Shown here: piece by piece, positions 11,745-21,457 of the stretch
Layout of the letters: the number at the start of each line of letters is the position of its first letter
How positions within the stretch are numbered: position 1 is the stretch's first letter
DNA from: Alphaproteobacteria bacterium
Lineage (GTDB): Bacteria > Pseudomonadota > Alphaproteobacteria > GCA-2731375
Assembly: GCA_965225945.1 (NCBI GenBank)
Contig: CBDDBZ010000014.1
Location: forward strand, 1-63,896
Reading direction: 5' to 3'
DNA length: 63,896 nucleotides
Translations under genes and position numbers: made by a program
The notes under the pieces: generated by a model
Databases searched by the model: none
The model's input: only the letters and a program-made list of their open reading frames with translations
Told to the model about the DNA's origin: nothing

Positions 11745-13084
11745 GATTGAGCAACCTGATGTGTGGAAATTCGGAACGCCGTTGATCAGTCATCCTCTGC
11801 TTTCCAAGTGATGTAGGGTTTTTCGGTGGTTTCCCATTTCTCGTCGATTTCGACGAGGATGGCGGTGACCAGACGTTCGAGCGAGGCCTCGTTGGGAAAG
11901 ACCCTGACCTTTACGGTGCGGCGCTTGATCTCCTGCTGGATGGATCGCTCCATGGGGTTCGAGGTTCGCATGCGCTTTTGGTGGCGCTCGGGCAGGGCGA
12001 AGACGGCGAGGCCCTCGGGGATCGCCGTCTCCAGCCAATCGGCGAGCTTGGGGGCGCTGTCGCGGTAGGCCGCCACCAGATGGCCCAGCTCGGCCTCGGC
12101 GGCCTTGCTGTCGGCGGCGTTCCAGACCCGGCGCAGCTCCTTGCCGATGGCCTTTCGGATGGCGAGGTTGGGGGCGTGATGGATGGCGTTTTGAGCCAGA
12201 TGGTACTGACAGCGCTGCCAGACGGCGCCGCCGAGGACGGCCTTGCGCGCGGCGCCGAGGCCTGGATGATCATCGGAAACGATATAGGCGACACCGCGCA
12301 TGCCACCGGCAACCAGGGTCTCCAGGAAGGCGCGCCAGTGCACTTCGGCCTCGGAGAGCGCACAGGAAACACCGAGCACCCGGCGGCGCTGGTCGGGGCC
12401 GATGCCGATCACCGAGAGCACGGCGGCGTCGCGCACCACGCCACCCTCTCGGACTTTCTCATAGCGCGCGTCGAGGAGCAGGTAGCGGATCTCGCCCAGC
12501 GGCCGGTTGCGCCAGGCATCCAGCTCCCCATCCAAGAGCTTGGCGGCGCGGCTGACCTGGCTCGACGACAGGCTCTCCAGGCCGAACTCGCGCATCACCG
12601 CCTCGGCGTCACGGGTGGAGACGCCTTTGATATACATCTCCGCCACGGCCAGCATGACAGCGCGGCAGGAGCGCCGTCCGCGCTCCAGGGCTTGGGGGTA
12701 AAAAGGCGCCTCATGACCGGCGGTCTTGGGAACCTCGAGCCTCACCGTACCGGCCGGGGTGTCGATCTTCTTGGGTCTGGTGCCGTTGGCGTATCCCCGC
12801 CGCTCGGGCGTGCGCTCATAGTGGCCGGCGCCCAAGAACCTCTCCCGCTCGATCCGCATGGCGAGATTGAAAAGGCCGGCGAAGACCGTCGCCATGTTCT
12901 CGCTACCGCCTTCGATCAATTGTTCCACCAAAGCCTCGACAGCGCTATCCTGGTCTTTCCGCATACTGGTTCTCCATGTTTGTTTGGACGCTTTCATGGA
13001 TAACCAAAATGACGGATCGCCCCGCGCCGGGGTATACCCCGGCGCGGGGCGAAGCCAAATTTCCAGACCTCACGCTACACAAGC
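11745..13084 (-). mobile_element. IS256-family element; transposase 11786-12964
   Basis: Mutator-type motifs (MYIKGVSTR, LLLDARYEKVR, WQRCQYH, RTSNPMER); 8-bp TSD AACAACTC (11737-11744, 13085-13092). Confidence 0.93.
13017..13052. repeat. 36-bp perfect palindrome in the IS256 leader
   Basis: TCGCCCCGCGCCGGGGTA|TACCCCGGCGCGGGGCGA. Confidence 0.9.
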
Positions 13085-14299
13085 AACAACTCCGCCAGGC
13101 CCAGAAGATGGAGGCGGTGGGGCAATTGACCGGGGGCATCGCGCATGACTTCAACAACCTAATGGCCATCATCCTGGGCAACATTTCCTATCTCGACAGG
13201 AAGCTCGAGCCCGATAGTCAACTCAGGGCGTTGACGGCGCCGGCCCTGCGGGCGGTCGAGCGGGGCGCGTCGCTGACGCAACGCTTGTTGGCCTTCTCTC
13301 GCACGCAATCGCTCGTCACCGAGACGGTGGATGTCGAGAAACTGGTGGCGGAACTCGGCGAGCTGCTGCGGCGCAGCCTCGGCGAGGATGTCAGAATCGA
13401 GATCGCGACATCAGCGGACTTATGGCGATGCCAGGTCGATCCGGGACAATTGGAGCAGGCGGTCCTCAATTTGGCCAACAACGCGCGCGACGCCATGGCG
13501 GATGGAGGCAACCTCACCATCGAGACGTCGAACGAAACATTGACTCGAGACGATCCAGACCAGCAGCTCGAGGCAGCCCCCGGAGCCTACGTGATGATCT
13601 CGGTAACGGATGACGGCGAGGGTATGTCGCCGGAGGTTCGTGAGAAAATCTTCGATCCCTTCTATACGACCAAGGAGGTGGGCCAGGGCTCCGGGCTCGG
13701 TCTCTCCGTGGTGTATGGCTTTATCCAGCAATCCGGTGGCCACATCAGGCTAGACTCCGAGGTTGGGGTCGGCACGACCGTCCGTCTCTACCTGCCGGCG
13801 GTGACCCAGGTCGATGCGCCTGCGCCAAGGGCGGCGGAAGCTGCTCTGGGACCGGAACCGGGAGCGAGGGTGCTTCTCGTCGAGGACGACGAGGATCTAC
13901 GGGCAATGACCCGGATCTTCCTTATCGACCACGGCTACCAAGTGCTGGACGCCAGTACGGGACAAGAGGCGCTGAAGATCTTCGATGAGAACGGCGGGAT
14001 CGATCTCTTGCTGTCGGACGTCGTCTTGCCCGGGGGGCTGCACGGGCCTGACGTCGCGGTCGAAGCGCGCCGAACCAGGCCCGACCTCAAGGTCGTCTAC
14101 ATGTCCGGCTACGCCGGCGACGCGCTCGAGCGATACCGCGGCATCGATCCCGATCCGGTGCTGATCCAGAAACCATTCGATTGCGATATTTTGGGCCGCC
14201 GACTGCGACAGGTTCTCGATCAAGGCTGAACGGGACGCGCTTGCCGCTCCGGCCCTCCACCGAGAGGCCAGCCCGCGGCTCGACGACGATAAAATCGCT

Positions 14300-15352
14300 T
14301 CAGCCGCCGTTGCCGAGCTTCGAGCGGGCGAGCCGGGCACCTTCGACCATGTTCACCAGCTTGGCCCACGCGATGGGCGGGGCGAGGGGGACGAGGCCGC
14401 AGTCGGGGGCCGCCTGAAGCTGCCGCGCCGGCAGATGGCGGGCCGCCGCCAGGAGTTTCGCCGCCACCTCCTCCGGCGTCTCGACCGAATCGATGCCGTT
14501 GTCGATGCAGCCGAACATCACCGTCTTCGAGGGGCAAAGGCGCAAGAGCTCCGGATCCAGGCGCGAGGCCTCGAACTCCAGCGCCAACTCGTCGACCCGG
14601 GAATTTTCCAGCGCCGCCAGGATCGTCGGGTAGCTGTCGAGGATCGGCCGGGGCACGCCCGCCATCGGGTAGCTGTAACAGACGTGGACCGCCGTCCGCG
14701 CCGCCAAGCCCTCGAGGGCGCGGTCGAGCGCCTCGATGCCCCACTCCACCACCTTACCGGGATAGCGGGAGAACACCGGCTCGTCGAACTGGATCACCGC
14801 GGGCTGAAGCGCGTCGAGCGCGCGAGCCTCCGCGTTCAGCGCGACGGCCACGTCCATCGCCATCGCCGCCTGGTCCTCGCCGTAATGCTCGTCGGCTAGC
14901 GTGTCGACCACCGTCATCGGCCCCGGCAGCGTCACCTTGAGCGGCCGGCTGGCCTGGGCAAGCGCGAAGGCCAGGTCGTCGACGACGATCGGCCGGACTC
15001 GATGGATCTTCCCCGTACAGCGCCCGACCTCGGCGAGCCGCCGCCTGTTGCGGGTCCACTTCTTGGCCAGCCTCCCGTAGTCGACCCCGCCGAGCGCCCG
15101 TGTCACGTAGGTGAGATAGGATTTTCGCCGCTGCTCGCCGTCGGAGACGATGTCGATCCCGGCGTGCTCCTGATCATGGATCGAGAGGCGAACAGCGTCG
15201 TCGAGCGCGGCGTCGAGCGCCTCGCCCTCCAGCCGCCAGTCGGCGCCCGCGCCGTGCACCTGCTTGCCCCGGGCATCGAGTGGCAGCTTTTCCTGCAGCC
15301 AGACCGGCTTCGGCATGCTGCCGACGACGGTGGCGAGAAACGGTTCCCCCAT
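14300..15352 (-). CDS. Cobalamin-independent methionine synthase II-like protein (MetE C-terminal domain only), Zn thiol-activating enzyme
   Basis: VVGSMPKP, GIDIVSDGEQRR, TLPGPMT, IQFDEP, Zn ligands HVC...E...PDCG. Confidence 0.85.
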   Translation of the reverse strand: MGEPFLATVVGSMPKPVWLQEKLPLDARGKQVHGAGADWRLEGEALDAALDDAVRLSIHDQEHAGIDIVSDGEQRRKSYLTYVTRALGGVDYGRLAKKWTRNRRRLAEVGRCTGKIHRVRPIVVDDLAFALAQASRPLKVTLPGPMTVVDTLADEHYGEDQAAMAMDVAVALNAEARALDALQPAVIQFDEPVFSRYPGKVVEWGIEALDRALEGLAARTAVHVCYSYPMAGVPRPILDSYPTILAALENSRVDELALEFEASRLDPELLRLCPSKTVMFGCIDNGIDSVETPEEVAAKLLAAARHLPARQLQAAPDCGLVPLAPPIAWAKLVNMVEGARLARSKLGNGG

Positions 15353-15406
15353 GGCCGCGCGCCTCCTGGTCCGTGGCGATGGCGCGGCGTCGTCCGAAAG
15401 GCGAGC

Positions 15407-15931
15407 TCAGCGCGCCGTGAGCAGCCCCAAGATGTCCTCGAAGGCGGCCTCGGCGATGGCGCGAATTTCCGCCGTCGTCCGATCCTGGATCGGATGCGGG
15501 ACGTAGACGATGCCCGGCTCGAAGCCGAGCGCGCGGGCCTGTGCGTCGGCCGCCTGTTCGAAGGCGGTGGTGGCGATCATGCCGCCGGGAATGCCGCGAC
15601 TGTCGAGATCCGCGATGTCATGCAAACTGCACGACGTGCAGGAGCCTCAGTCGCTCAGCGCCTCGACGACGAGGTCGCATTCGGTGGTGATCGCCTGCAG
15701 GAGCTCGACCGGCGCCGTCTTGGTGTTGGTCGGCTTGGCGTAGCGGCGCACCCGGATGGCGCGGTCCGCCATCAGCTCCTCGACCCGGTCGATGAACTCG
15801 TCGCCCCGGGCCTTGCCGATGTCCAAGAGGGCGATGGTCAGCCCCTCGAGCGATGCGGGCGGCGCCTTGCGCCGGCGCTTGGCCGGCGCGGTCTCCGCCG
15901 TCGGATCCAGCAGTATCGTCGATTGGTTCAT
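15407..15931 (-). CDS. UGSC-family selenoprotein (in-frame UGA read as Sec), 174 aa
   Basis: ORFs 15647-15931 and 15407-15625 share a frame joined by TGA (15647-15649): VVEALSD-U-GSCTSCSLHDIADLD; hairpin immediately 3' of the UGA. Confidence 0.88.
15605..15646 (-). promoter_or_regulatory. Candidate bacterial SECIS element
   Basis: UGA-GGCUCCUGCAC-[GUCGUGCA-GUU-UGCAUGAC]-AUCGCGGAUCUC: 8-bp upper stem, GU-starting apical loop after a 19-nt spacer, lower stem also possible. Confidence 0.7.
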
Positions 15932-17367
15932 TCGCCCACCTCCAAGGTTACCATTTCGCTGCCTTTCTCGCCGGTCGCGGCCCAGCCGCCGATGATCGCC
16001 GACATCATGCCGGCGGTGCCGCCGGCACGGACGATATTGAGGCCGCCCGGGCGAAACTTGGCGAGGCTCCGCTCGGCGAGGCTCTCGGGCATGCCCTCGG
16101 CAATGCCGCCGGCGCCGCGCGCCAGCTCAGCGACGGGCCGCGTCGTCGCCTCGTCGAGCGCGCCCAGCAGATCCCGCCGGCTCCAGCCCGCCTCGGCGTA
16201 GGTTCTGAGATGCTCGGGCGAGATCACCACCAGCGCGTCGTGCGCCTGCGCCTTCTTCGGATGGCCGATCGAGAGCAGCGAGGCCGCGAGGCTGCGGGTG
16301 AGGGAGTCCGGCGTGCGCGAGGCCTGGTCGAAGCAGCCGAGCACGCCGTCGCCGCCGAACAGCGTCACCGTCGAGGTCCCGGGCGCGAAGCCGCGCTCGA
16401 CGGAAAACGGCTCCCAACAGGGGTTCGATTCGTCCTCGGCGAAGCAGAAGGTGTATTTGCCGGGGGTGCCCAGGGTCGCCCGGTCGATGCCGCCCGGCAC
16501 GCCGCCACCGACGTTGCGAATCACCAGTTGCAGCGCCCGGCCGATGGTCGCGTTGGCGCGGTTGCCTTGGCCCAGCGCGTTCTCCCGGCTGTTCATGCCG
16601 ATTCGGCCGACGACGGGCCCGTTGACGATCACCACCGGCGCGGAGAAGTAGGTCGTGCACAACAGGCCGTGCATGCAAAATTCGGGGATCAGCGCGGCCT
16701 CCACGGCGGCCAGCACCACCGGCAGGTATTCCGGCTTGCAGCCCGCCATCACCGCGTTGATCGCCACCTTTTCGACCGTGCATTCGGCGAGGTTGGGCGG
16801 GACCCGGCCGATCACCTCGGCCGAATCGCGTCCGCTGCCCTTCAGCATGCGGAGCACGCGGATCTCGCTCGGCGGAACGACGGGCAGGCCGTCGCTCCAA
16901 CCCCGCTCGTAGGCCGACTCGACCGGGTCCTCCCAGCCGCCGAGCTCGATCCGGCGCGCGGCAAACGCCACCTCGCCGAATTTGAGCTCGAGGATCTCTT
17001 CCATCCCCGGATCATGGCTGCGCGAGCCGCAGCCGGGCCGCTCGTCGGGCAATCCCGAGCCGAGGCCGCCGAGCCCGGACACCGTTTCCCATTCGCCCCG
17101 ATGCCAGCCGATGGCGCGGGCGACCTCGTGGCCCCCCTCCATCCGGATCAGCGTCGGAACGGTCTCGATATCGAGCCGCCAGGAGGCTTCCAGTTCGGTG
17201 TCGTCGACCGGCGCCTCGATTCCTGCGGGGAAGCTCGGATCGTCCTGGCTGTAAACGACGAGGGGCGCATCCGCGCCGGCGAGCTGGCTCAAGACCGGCT
17301 CGATCAGGATGCAGGCCGGGCAGTCCCGCTTGGCGACGACGATCAGTCCGTCGGCGAGCGGCGTCAC
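15928..17367 (-). CDS. Thioredoxin-fold (CPAC) N-terminal domain fused to a conserved domain of unknown function
   Basis: KRDCPAC...IETVPTL thioredoxin-like N-terminus; GWSDGLPVVPP, TVEKVAINAVMAGC, GNRANATIGRA motifs; stop overlaps the selenoprotein start (ATGA). Confidence 0.8.
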   Translation of the reverse strand: MTPLADGLIVVAKRDCPACILIEPVLSQLAGADAPLVVYSQDDPSFPAGIEAPVDDTELEASWRLDIETVPTLIRMEGGHEVARAIGWHRGEWETVSGLGGLGSGLPDERPGCGSRSHDPGMEEILELKFGEVAFAARRIELGGWEDPVESAYERGWSDGLPVVPPSEIRVLRMLKGSGRDSAEVIGRVPPNLAECTVEKVAINAVMAGCKPEYLPVVLAAVEAALIPEFCMHGLLCTTYFSAPVVIVNGPVVGRIGMNSRENALGQGNRANATIGRALQLVIRNVGGGVPGGIDRATLGTPGKYTFCFAEDESNPCWEPFSVERGFAPGTSTVTLFGGDGVLGCFDQASRTPDSLTRSLAASLLSIGHPKKAQAHDALVVISPEHLRTYAEAGWSRRDLLGALDEATTRPVAELARGAGGIAEGMPESLAERSLAKFRPGGLNIVRAGGTAGMMSAIIGGWAATGEKGSEMVTLEVGE

Positions 17368-17383
17368 GCGGTGCCTCCCGCGC

Positions 17384-17758
17384 TCACTTGCGGACCCATT
17401 TACCGTTCTCCCCCAGAAAATACGTCCCGCTCGGGGCCTTTTTAAGGATCTGTTGGGCGTAGACCCGGCCGACCTGGTCCGCCGGCACCTTCTGTTGCTG
17501 GGCCCGTTTCTGGTAGATCCCGCGCCGCTGGGCGTTGACCGAGCGGACCAGTTTCTTGATCGCGGCCGACGGGTTGGGCTGGGTCGCCATGACGTATCCG
17601 TCGAAGCGCTCGCCGATATGGCCGCCGGCGCGGTACTTATCGAGCGATTGCGCGGCCGCCGGCTCGGGCGCGGCGGCGACCAGCAGCACAAAGACGACCA
17701 TGAGCGCCGGCCAGAGGCGGCCAGCGAGGGAAAGAGCGTTCGCAGCGGAGGTCGGCAT
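17384..17758 (-). CDS. ydbL: YdbL family (DUF1318) protein
   Basis: Signal peptide, G.IGERFDGY, VNAQRRGIY; synteny with ynbE/ydbH. Confidence 0.8.
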   Translation of the reverse strand: MPTSAANALSLAGRLWPALMVVFVLLVAAAPEPAAAQSLDKYRAGGHIGERFDGYVMATQPNPSAAIKKLVRSVNAQRRGIYQKRAQQQKVPADQVGRVYAQQILKKAPSGTYFLGENGKWVRK

Positions 17759-17964
17759 TAGAATACGTTCGGGTTCTTGTTGATATCGTCTTGCGCCGCT
17801 TGCTCCAGCTTCACTCGGACTTCCGCCTCGAGATTGATGTTGAGGTTGATGGTGATGGGCTCCCTGGGGGCCTCGATCTTGACCGTCGGCGCGCAGGCCG
17901 AAATTGCCGCGATCATCGACAGAGCCGCGATCATGGGAAAGCAAAGATAGCCGAGTGAGCGCAT
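17758..17964 (-). CDS. ynbE: YnbE-family lipoprotein
   Basis: Lipobox ISAC then PTVKIEAPREPITINLNINLEAEVRV. Confidence 0.85.
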   Translation of the reverse strand: MRSLGYLCFPMIAALSMIAAISACAPTVKIEAPREPITINLNINLEAEVRVKLEQAAQDDINKNPNVF

Positions 17965-18020
17965 GTGTCGCTCCCGGGATCGAACATCGGCTCGCGGCGG
18001 CGGAACCGGCGGACGCGAGG

Positions 18021-21000
18021 TCAGCGGACGGTACCGCGAATGGCCTGGTCCGACAAGCGATGGACCTCGAGCGCGGTCTCCAGCAGCCGGTCGAATTGGC
18101 CGCGCAGATCGATGTTGACGGCGAAGGGATGGCCGTCCAGGACGGCGGGATTGTGGCCCTCGATCGAAAGCGTCAGCTTGCCCCGGCCGTCCGGCGGCTT
18201 TTCCAGGCCGAGAACCAGGCGCGAATAGCGGAAATCCTCCAAGGCGCTCAGCAGCAGCTTGACCGGCTCGCCCGAGCCGGTCAGCGCGGAATCGAGTGCC
18301 GCGAGCGAGATCCGGATCACCCCCGGTCCCTCCGCCTCCAGCCAGCCGCCGGAGACGGCGAAGCCCTGCTCCAGCACGGCGATCGGTATCGTGCCCGAAA
18401 GCCGCCCGGTCCCCGTCACGCCCTCGATCTCCAGCCGCTCGAAGAGCTTCGCCAGATCGACCTCCGAGAGCCGCAGCTTCAAATCGTGGGTTCCGGCGTC
18501 GGCCTCGATGTCGGTGTCCTCCAGCTTTACCCGGGCGAAGGGCGTGGTCGCCTCCAGCCCCTCGATCCGAAACACCAGCGGGCGCTCGGCGGTGCCGACG
18601 AGCGACACGCGCGCCTCGATCTCGCGCGCCTCGACGCCGGCGACGATGGAGGCGATGGTGAGCCGTTGCGGCGCCGCCGTTCGGGGCGGCCAGAGCTCCG
18701 ACAAGGCGATCCGGGCGTTCAGGCCTGCGACCGTCGCCGCCTCGATTTCGAAGCCGATGTCCGCCAGCTCGATCGTCGCACTGCCCGAGACCGTGCCGTC
18801 GGCGAGGCGCAAGTCGGCCGCGCCGGCGACCCGCCCCGCCACCCGCTCGAGCCCGGCGAGCGCGGGGAAAAGCGCGCCCGGTTGCGTGCCCTCGGCCTCG
18901 AACACCGTCGGCGGCAGCGTGATCCGGGCCTCCAGCACGCCGTCGGCGAAGCCGTGGCGGGCGGTGACGTCGAGGCGCAGAAAGTGGCTCTGGTCCAAAA
19001 CCGAGAGACCGAGGCCGATATCCTCGGGCCCGATCCGGGCCCGGCCGATCGCGCGGAGCCGGGGGAGCGCCAGGGGAGCCTCGGTCCAGCGGATCGCGCC
19101 GATCTTGAATTCGACGCCTGCGAGGTTCCGCAACTCGGCCTCGACGCCCTCCATCGTGACACCGAGGGCCGGCGCCGCGAGCCCGCCGCCGAGCAGGCGG
19201 ATCGCGCTCTCGCCCCTTTGCAAGGCGATGTCGATCTCCTCGGCCGCCAGCTCCAGCTCGAGCGGTCCCGCCTCGCGGGCCAGCGCGAGGGTGAAGGGCT
19301 CGGGTACGATCCGCGCCCGGACCTCGTGGGAAAGCTCCGCCCACTCCAGACGCAGCAGCGGCGCCTCGCTCGCCAACAGCGCCAATTTCAGCGGCGCCGG
19401 AGCCGAGAGCGTTTCGCTCAGCCGGAGCGCCGGCAGCCGCAGCTCGCCCCGACCGTCGAGCGCGAGGGTCATGTGCGTCCCGCTCGCGCGGAGTTTCAAC
19501 GGCAGGCGCGCCGTTATCCAGCCGAGGCCGGAGAGCGCCTCCAAGCGGGGCCGGACGGTGCCTTCGAGCAGGCCCGCCGCCGTCGTCTCGCCGTCCTGCC
19601 AGGTCACGGTGCCGGTGAAACCGAGGTGGCGCGCGCGGTGGCCCGAAACCTCGACATCGCGTGCCGAGAGCGTGGTCGGCGCCGCTGCGACGCGACCCGT
19701 GAAGCCGGTGCCGTCGATGCGTCCTTCCCCCCTTACCTCGGCTTCCAGCCCCAGCCGTTCCAGCGCCAGCGAGACGTGCGCCGCGCCGGCGAGGTCGACG
19801 CCGGTGATGCTCCCGTTTCCGTCACGCGTCGGGCGGAGCCGGATCGCCGGACTCGGCGCGATCGTCAGGCGCACCGGCCCCCGGGCGAGCGTCGCCGGCA
19901 CGCCCAACGCCTGGGCGGCACCGAGCGCGATCTCACCAGCGGTCAAGAGGGCGGGCGCGGCGAGGCTGGCCTCGATCTCGCCGGCCGGGCCCGAGAGGTC
20001 GAGCGTGACGATGCCCGAAATCCCGGAGGCGATGCCGGGAAGCGCCACATCGTCCAGATCGACGACGACGGTGAGGAAGCCCTCGGCGATTACGGCGGCC
20101 GCGCTCAGGGCGGGCGCGGCGGCGAGGTGCCCGAGGTCGAGCGTCAGGTCGCGCCCCACCAGGTGCAAGCTGGCGCGTCCCGCCGTCGGCGCCCACGGGT
20201 CGAGGTGGCGCCAGAGCGCCGCGTGATAGGGGGCCGCCGCCTCGAGCGACAGGCGCTGGAGGCGAAACGATCCGGCTGCTAAATTCGGCGTGCCCGAGAT
20301 TTCGATTCGCGCCTCGGCGCCGCGCGCCCGGCCCTCGAAGCTGGCGAGAACCACCTCGCCCTGCCGGCTCACCGACAGGGCGCCCGAGGCCACCGCCACG
20401 CCGTCGACCTGGAGGCGAAGTTCGGAGAGCGCGGCATGCAGCGTGGCGAGCGCGCCCGCCACGATCGTGAAGCCGACCTCGCCCGAAAGGCCGTCGATCC
20501 GCCCCCGCTCGAACTCGAGCCAGCCGCCGGCGAGCCGCAACTCGCCCGCGACGTCGCCTCGGATCGTGCCGGCGAGGCTCAGCTCGGCGGTGACACGACC
20601 CCGCTCGGCCTCCGCCACGATGGCGACCTCGCTCTGGAGGGCGCCATCGGCGCCCCGCGTCAGCTCGCCCGAGACCGCCGCCCGCAAGGGGCCGAGGGGG
20701 CTAACCCAGCGGACCTCGCCGTCGACGATTCGCACCGCGAGCGGCCCGGGATCGAAGCCGCCACCGCCCTCGCCCGCCCCGTCGCCCGCCGTCGGCCCGA
20801 AGCCGGGCAAGCTCGGGTCCGAGAGGTCGACCCGGGGAGACTCGATCAATATGTCGTCGATCCGAGGCGCCCAGGGAGCCGAGAGATCATACTCGACGCT
20901 GATCGCGCCCGCGGCGAGTGCCGGGCCGAGGTCGATCTCGGCGAGCTTCAGGCCACCGAAGTCGAACCGCTCGACACGGTAGTGGGCCTCGGCGAAGCCG

Positions 21001-21125
21001 GCCCGCGCCAGCCCCACGTCGATCGCGACGCGCGCCAACTCCGCCCGATTGGCCCAGGCGAGCCCGAGCCCACCCGCCAGAAGCGCGGCGAGGACTAAGC
21101 CCGAGATTTCGGCGGCCCGACGCAT
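18021..21125 (-). CDS. ydbH: YdbH-family (AsmA-like) intermembrane lipid transport protein
   Basis: N-terminal TM, long beta-rich body, C-terminal GTGRLSGTIP...ALEDFRY...GHNP...VNIDLRG. Confidence 0.8.
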   Translation of the reverse strand: MRRAAEISGLVLAALLAGGLGLAWANRAELARVAIDVGLARAGFAEAHYRVERFDFGGLKLAEIDLGPALAAGAISVEYDLSAPWAPRIDDILIESPRVDLSDPSLPGFGPTAGDGAGEGGGGFDPGPLAVRIVDGEVRWVSPLGPLRAAVSGELTRGADGALQSEVAIVAEAERGRVTAELSLAGTIRGDVAGELRLAGGWLEFERGRIDGLSGEVGFTIVAGALATLHAALSELRLQVDGVAVASGALSVSRQGEVVLASFEGRARGAEARIEISGTPNLAAGSFRLQRLSLEAAAPYHAALWRHLDPWAPTAGRASLHLVGRDLTLDLGHLAAAPALSAAAVIAEGFLTVVVDLDDVALPGIASGISGIVTLDLSGPAGEIEASLAAPALLTAGEIALGAAQALGVPATLARGPVRLTIAPSPAIRLRPTRDGNGSITGVDLAGAAHVSLALERLGLEAEVRGEGRIDGTGFTGRVAAAPTTLSARDVEVSGHRARHLGFTGTVTWQDGETTAAGLLEGTVRPRLEALSGLGWITARLPLKLRASGTHMTLALDGRGELRLPALRLSETLSAPAPLKLALLASEAPLLRLEWAELSHEVRARIVPEPFTLALAREAGPLELELAAEEIDIALQRGESAIRLLGGGLAAPALGVTMEGVEAELRNLAGVEFKIGAIRWTEAPLALPRLRAIGRARIGPEDIGLGLSVLDQSHFLRLDVTARHGFADGVLEARITLPPTVFEAEGTQPGALFPALAGLERVAGRVAGAADLRLADGTVSGSATIELADIGFEIEAATVAGLNARIALSELWPPRTAAPQRLTIASIVAGVEAREIEARVSLVGTAERPLVFRIEGLEATTPFARVKLEDTDIEADAGTHDLKLRLSEVDLAKLFERLEIEGVTGTGRLSGTIPIAVLEQGFAVSGGWLEAEGPGVIRISLAALDSALTGSGEPVKLLLSALEDFRYSRLVLGLEKPPDGRGKLTLSIEGHNPAVLDGHPFAVNIDLRGQFDRLLETALEVHRLSDQAIRGTVR

Positions 21126-21238
21126 GGCGGAAGATTATAACCTCCGCCGCCCGCGCACTATCGCCCGGCCGTCGGATATCAGGCAGGGACGTCTCGGACG
21201 GGATGGTGATTTCGCCCCGATTCCGCTAAAATCCGGCG

Positions 21239-21457
21239 ATGAGCGCGGACGATACATTGACCGAGGCCGAGGTCGCGCTGGCCCGCGAACGGCGGCTGAT
21301 CGCCATGCACCTGCAGGAGATCGAGGGCAATCCCCTCGATGGCGCGGACGTGGCCATGTTCGAGATGTTCGAGCGCGAGCGCTGGTCGCACGAGCGCCGC
21401 CGCGCCTACATCGCCGCTCACGACAAAAAGGCGCCGGCGCATGACGCGGCCGAATGA
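21239..21457 (+). CDS. Small Fic antitoxin (FicA/VbhA-like)
   Basis: 72 aa, LQEIEGN resembling the xxxE(G/N) inhibitory motif; ATGA overlap with the Fic gene. Confidence 0.65.
   Translation: MSADDTLTEAEVALARERRLIAMHLQEIEGNPLDGADVAMFEMFERERWSHERRRAYIAAHDKKAPAHDAAE

Larger units (their letters stand above)
3907..14229 (+). pseudogene. Giant hybrid sensor kinase (REC-multiple PAS/PAC-HisKA-HATPase-REC) interrupted by four ISs
   Basis: Segments 3907-4417, 6078-6184, 7620-9030, 10171-11744 and 13093-14229 join in frame (4740 nt, 1579 aa); many DIT PAC motifs, H-box GGIAHDFNNL, C-terminal REC. Confidence 0.92.

Noticed and set aside
3907-14229. Introns or inteins in the giant kinase
   Set aside because: Each interruption has IRs, a TSD and a DDE transposase; no group I/II intron or intein hallmarks seen
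17904-20282. Long antisense or alternative-frame ORFs (e.g. 792 aa here, 15853-17445, 33959-35215, 6221-7540)
   Set aside because: Shadow ORFs of GC-rich genes, Arg/Pro/Gly-rich and without motifs
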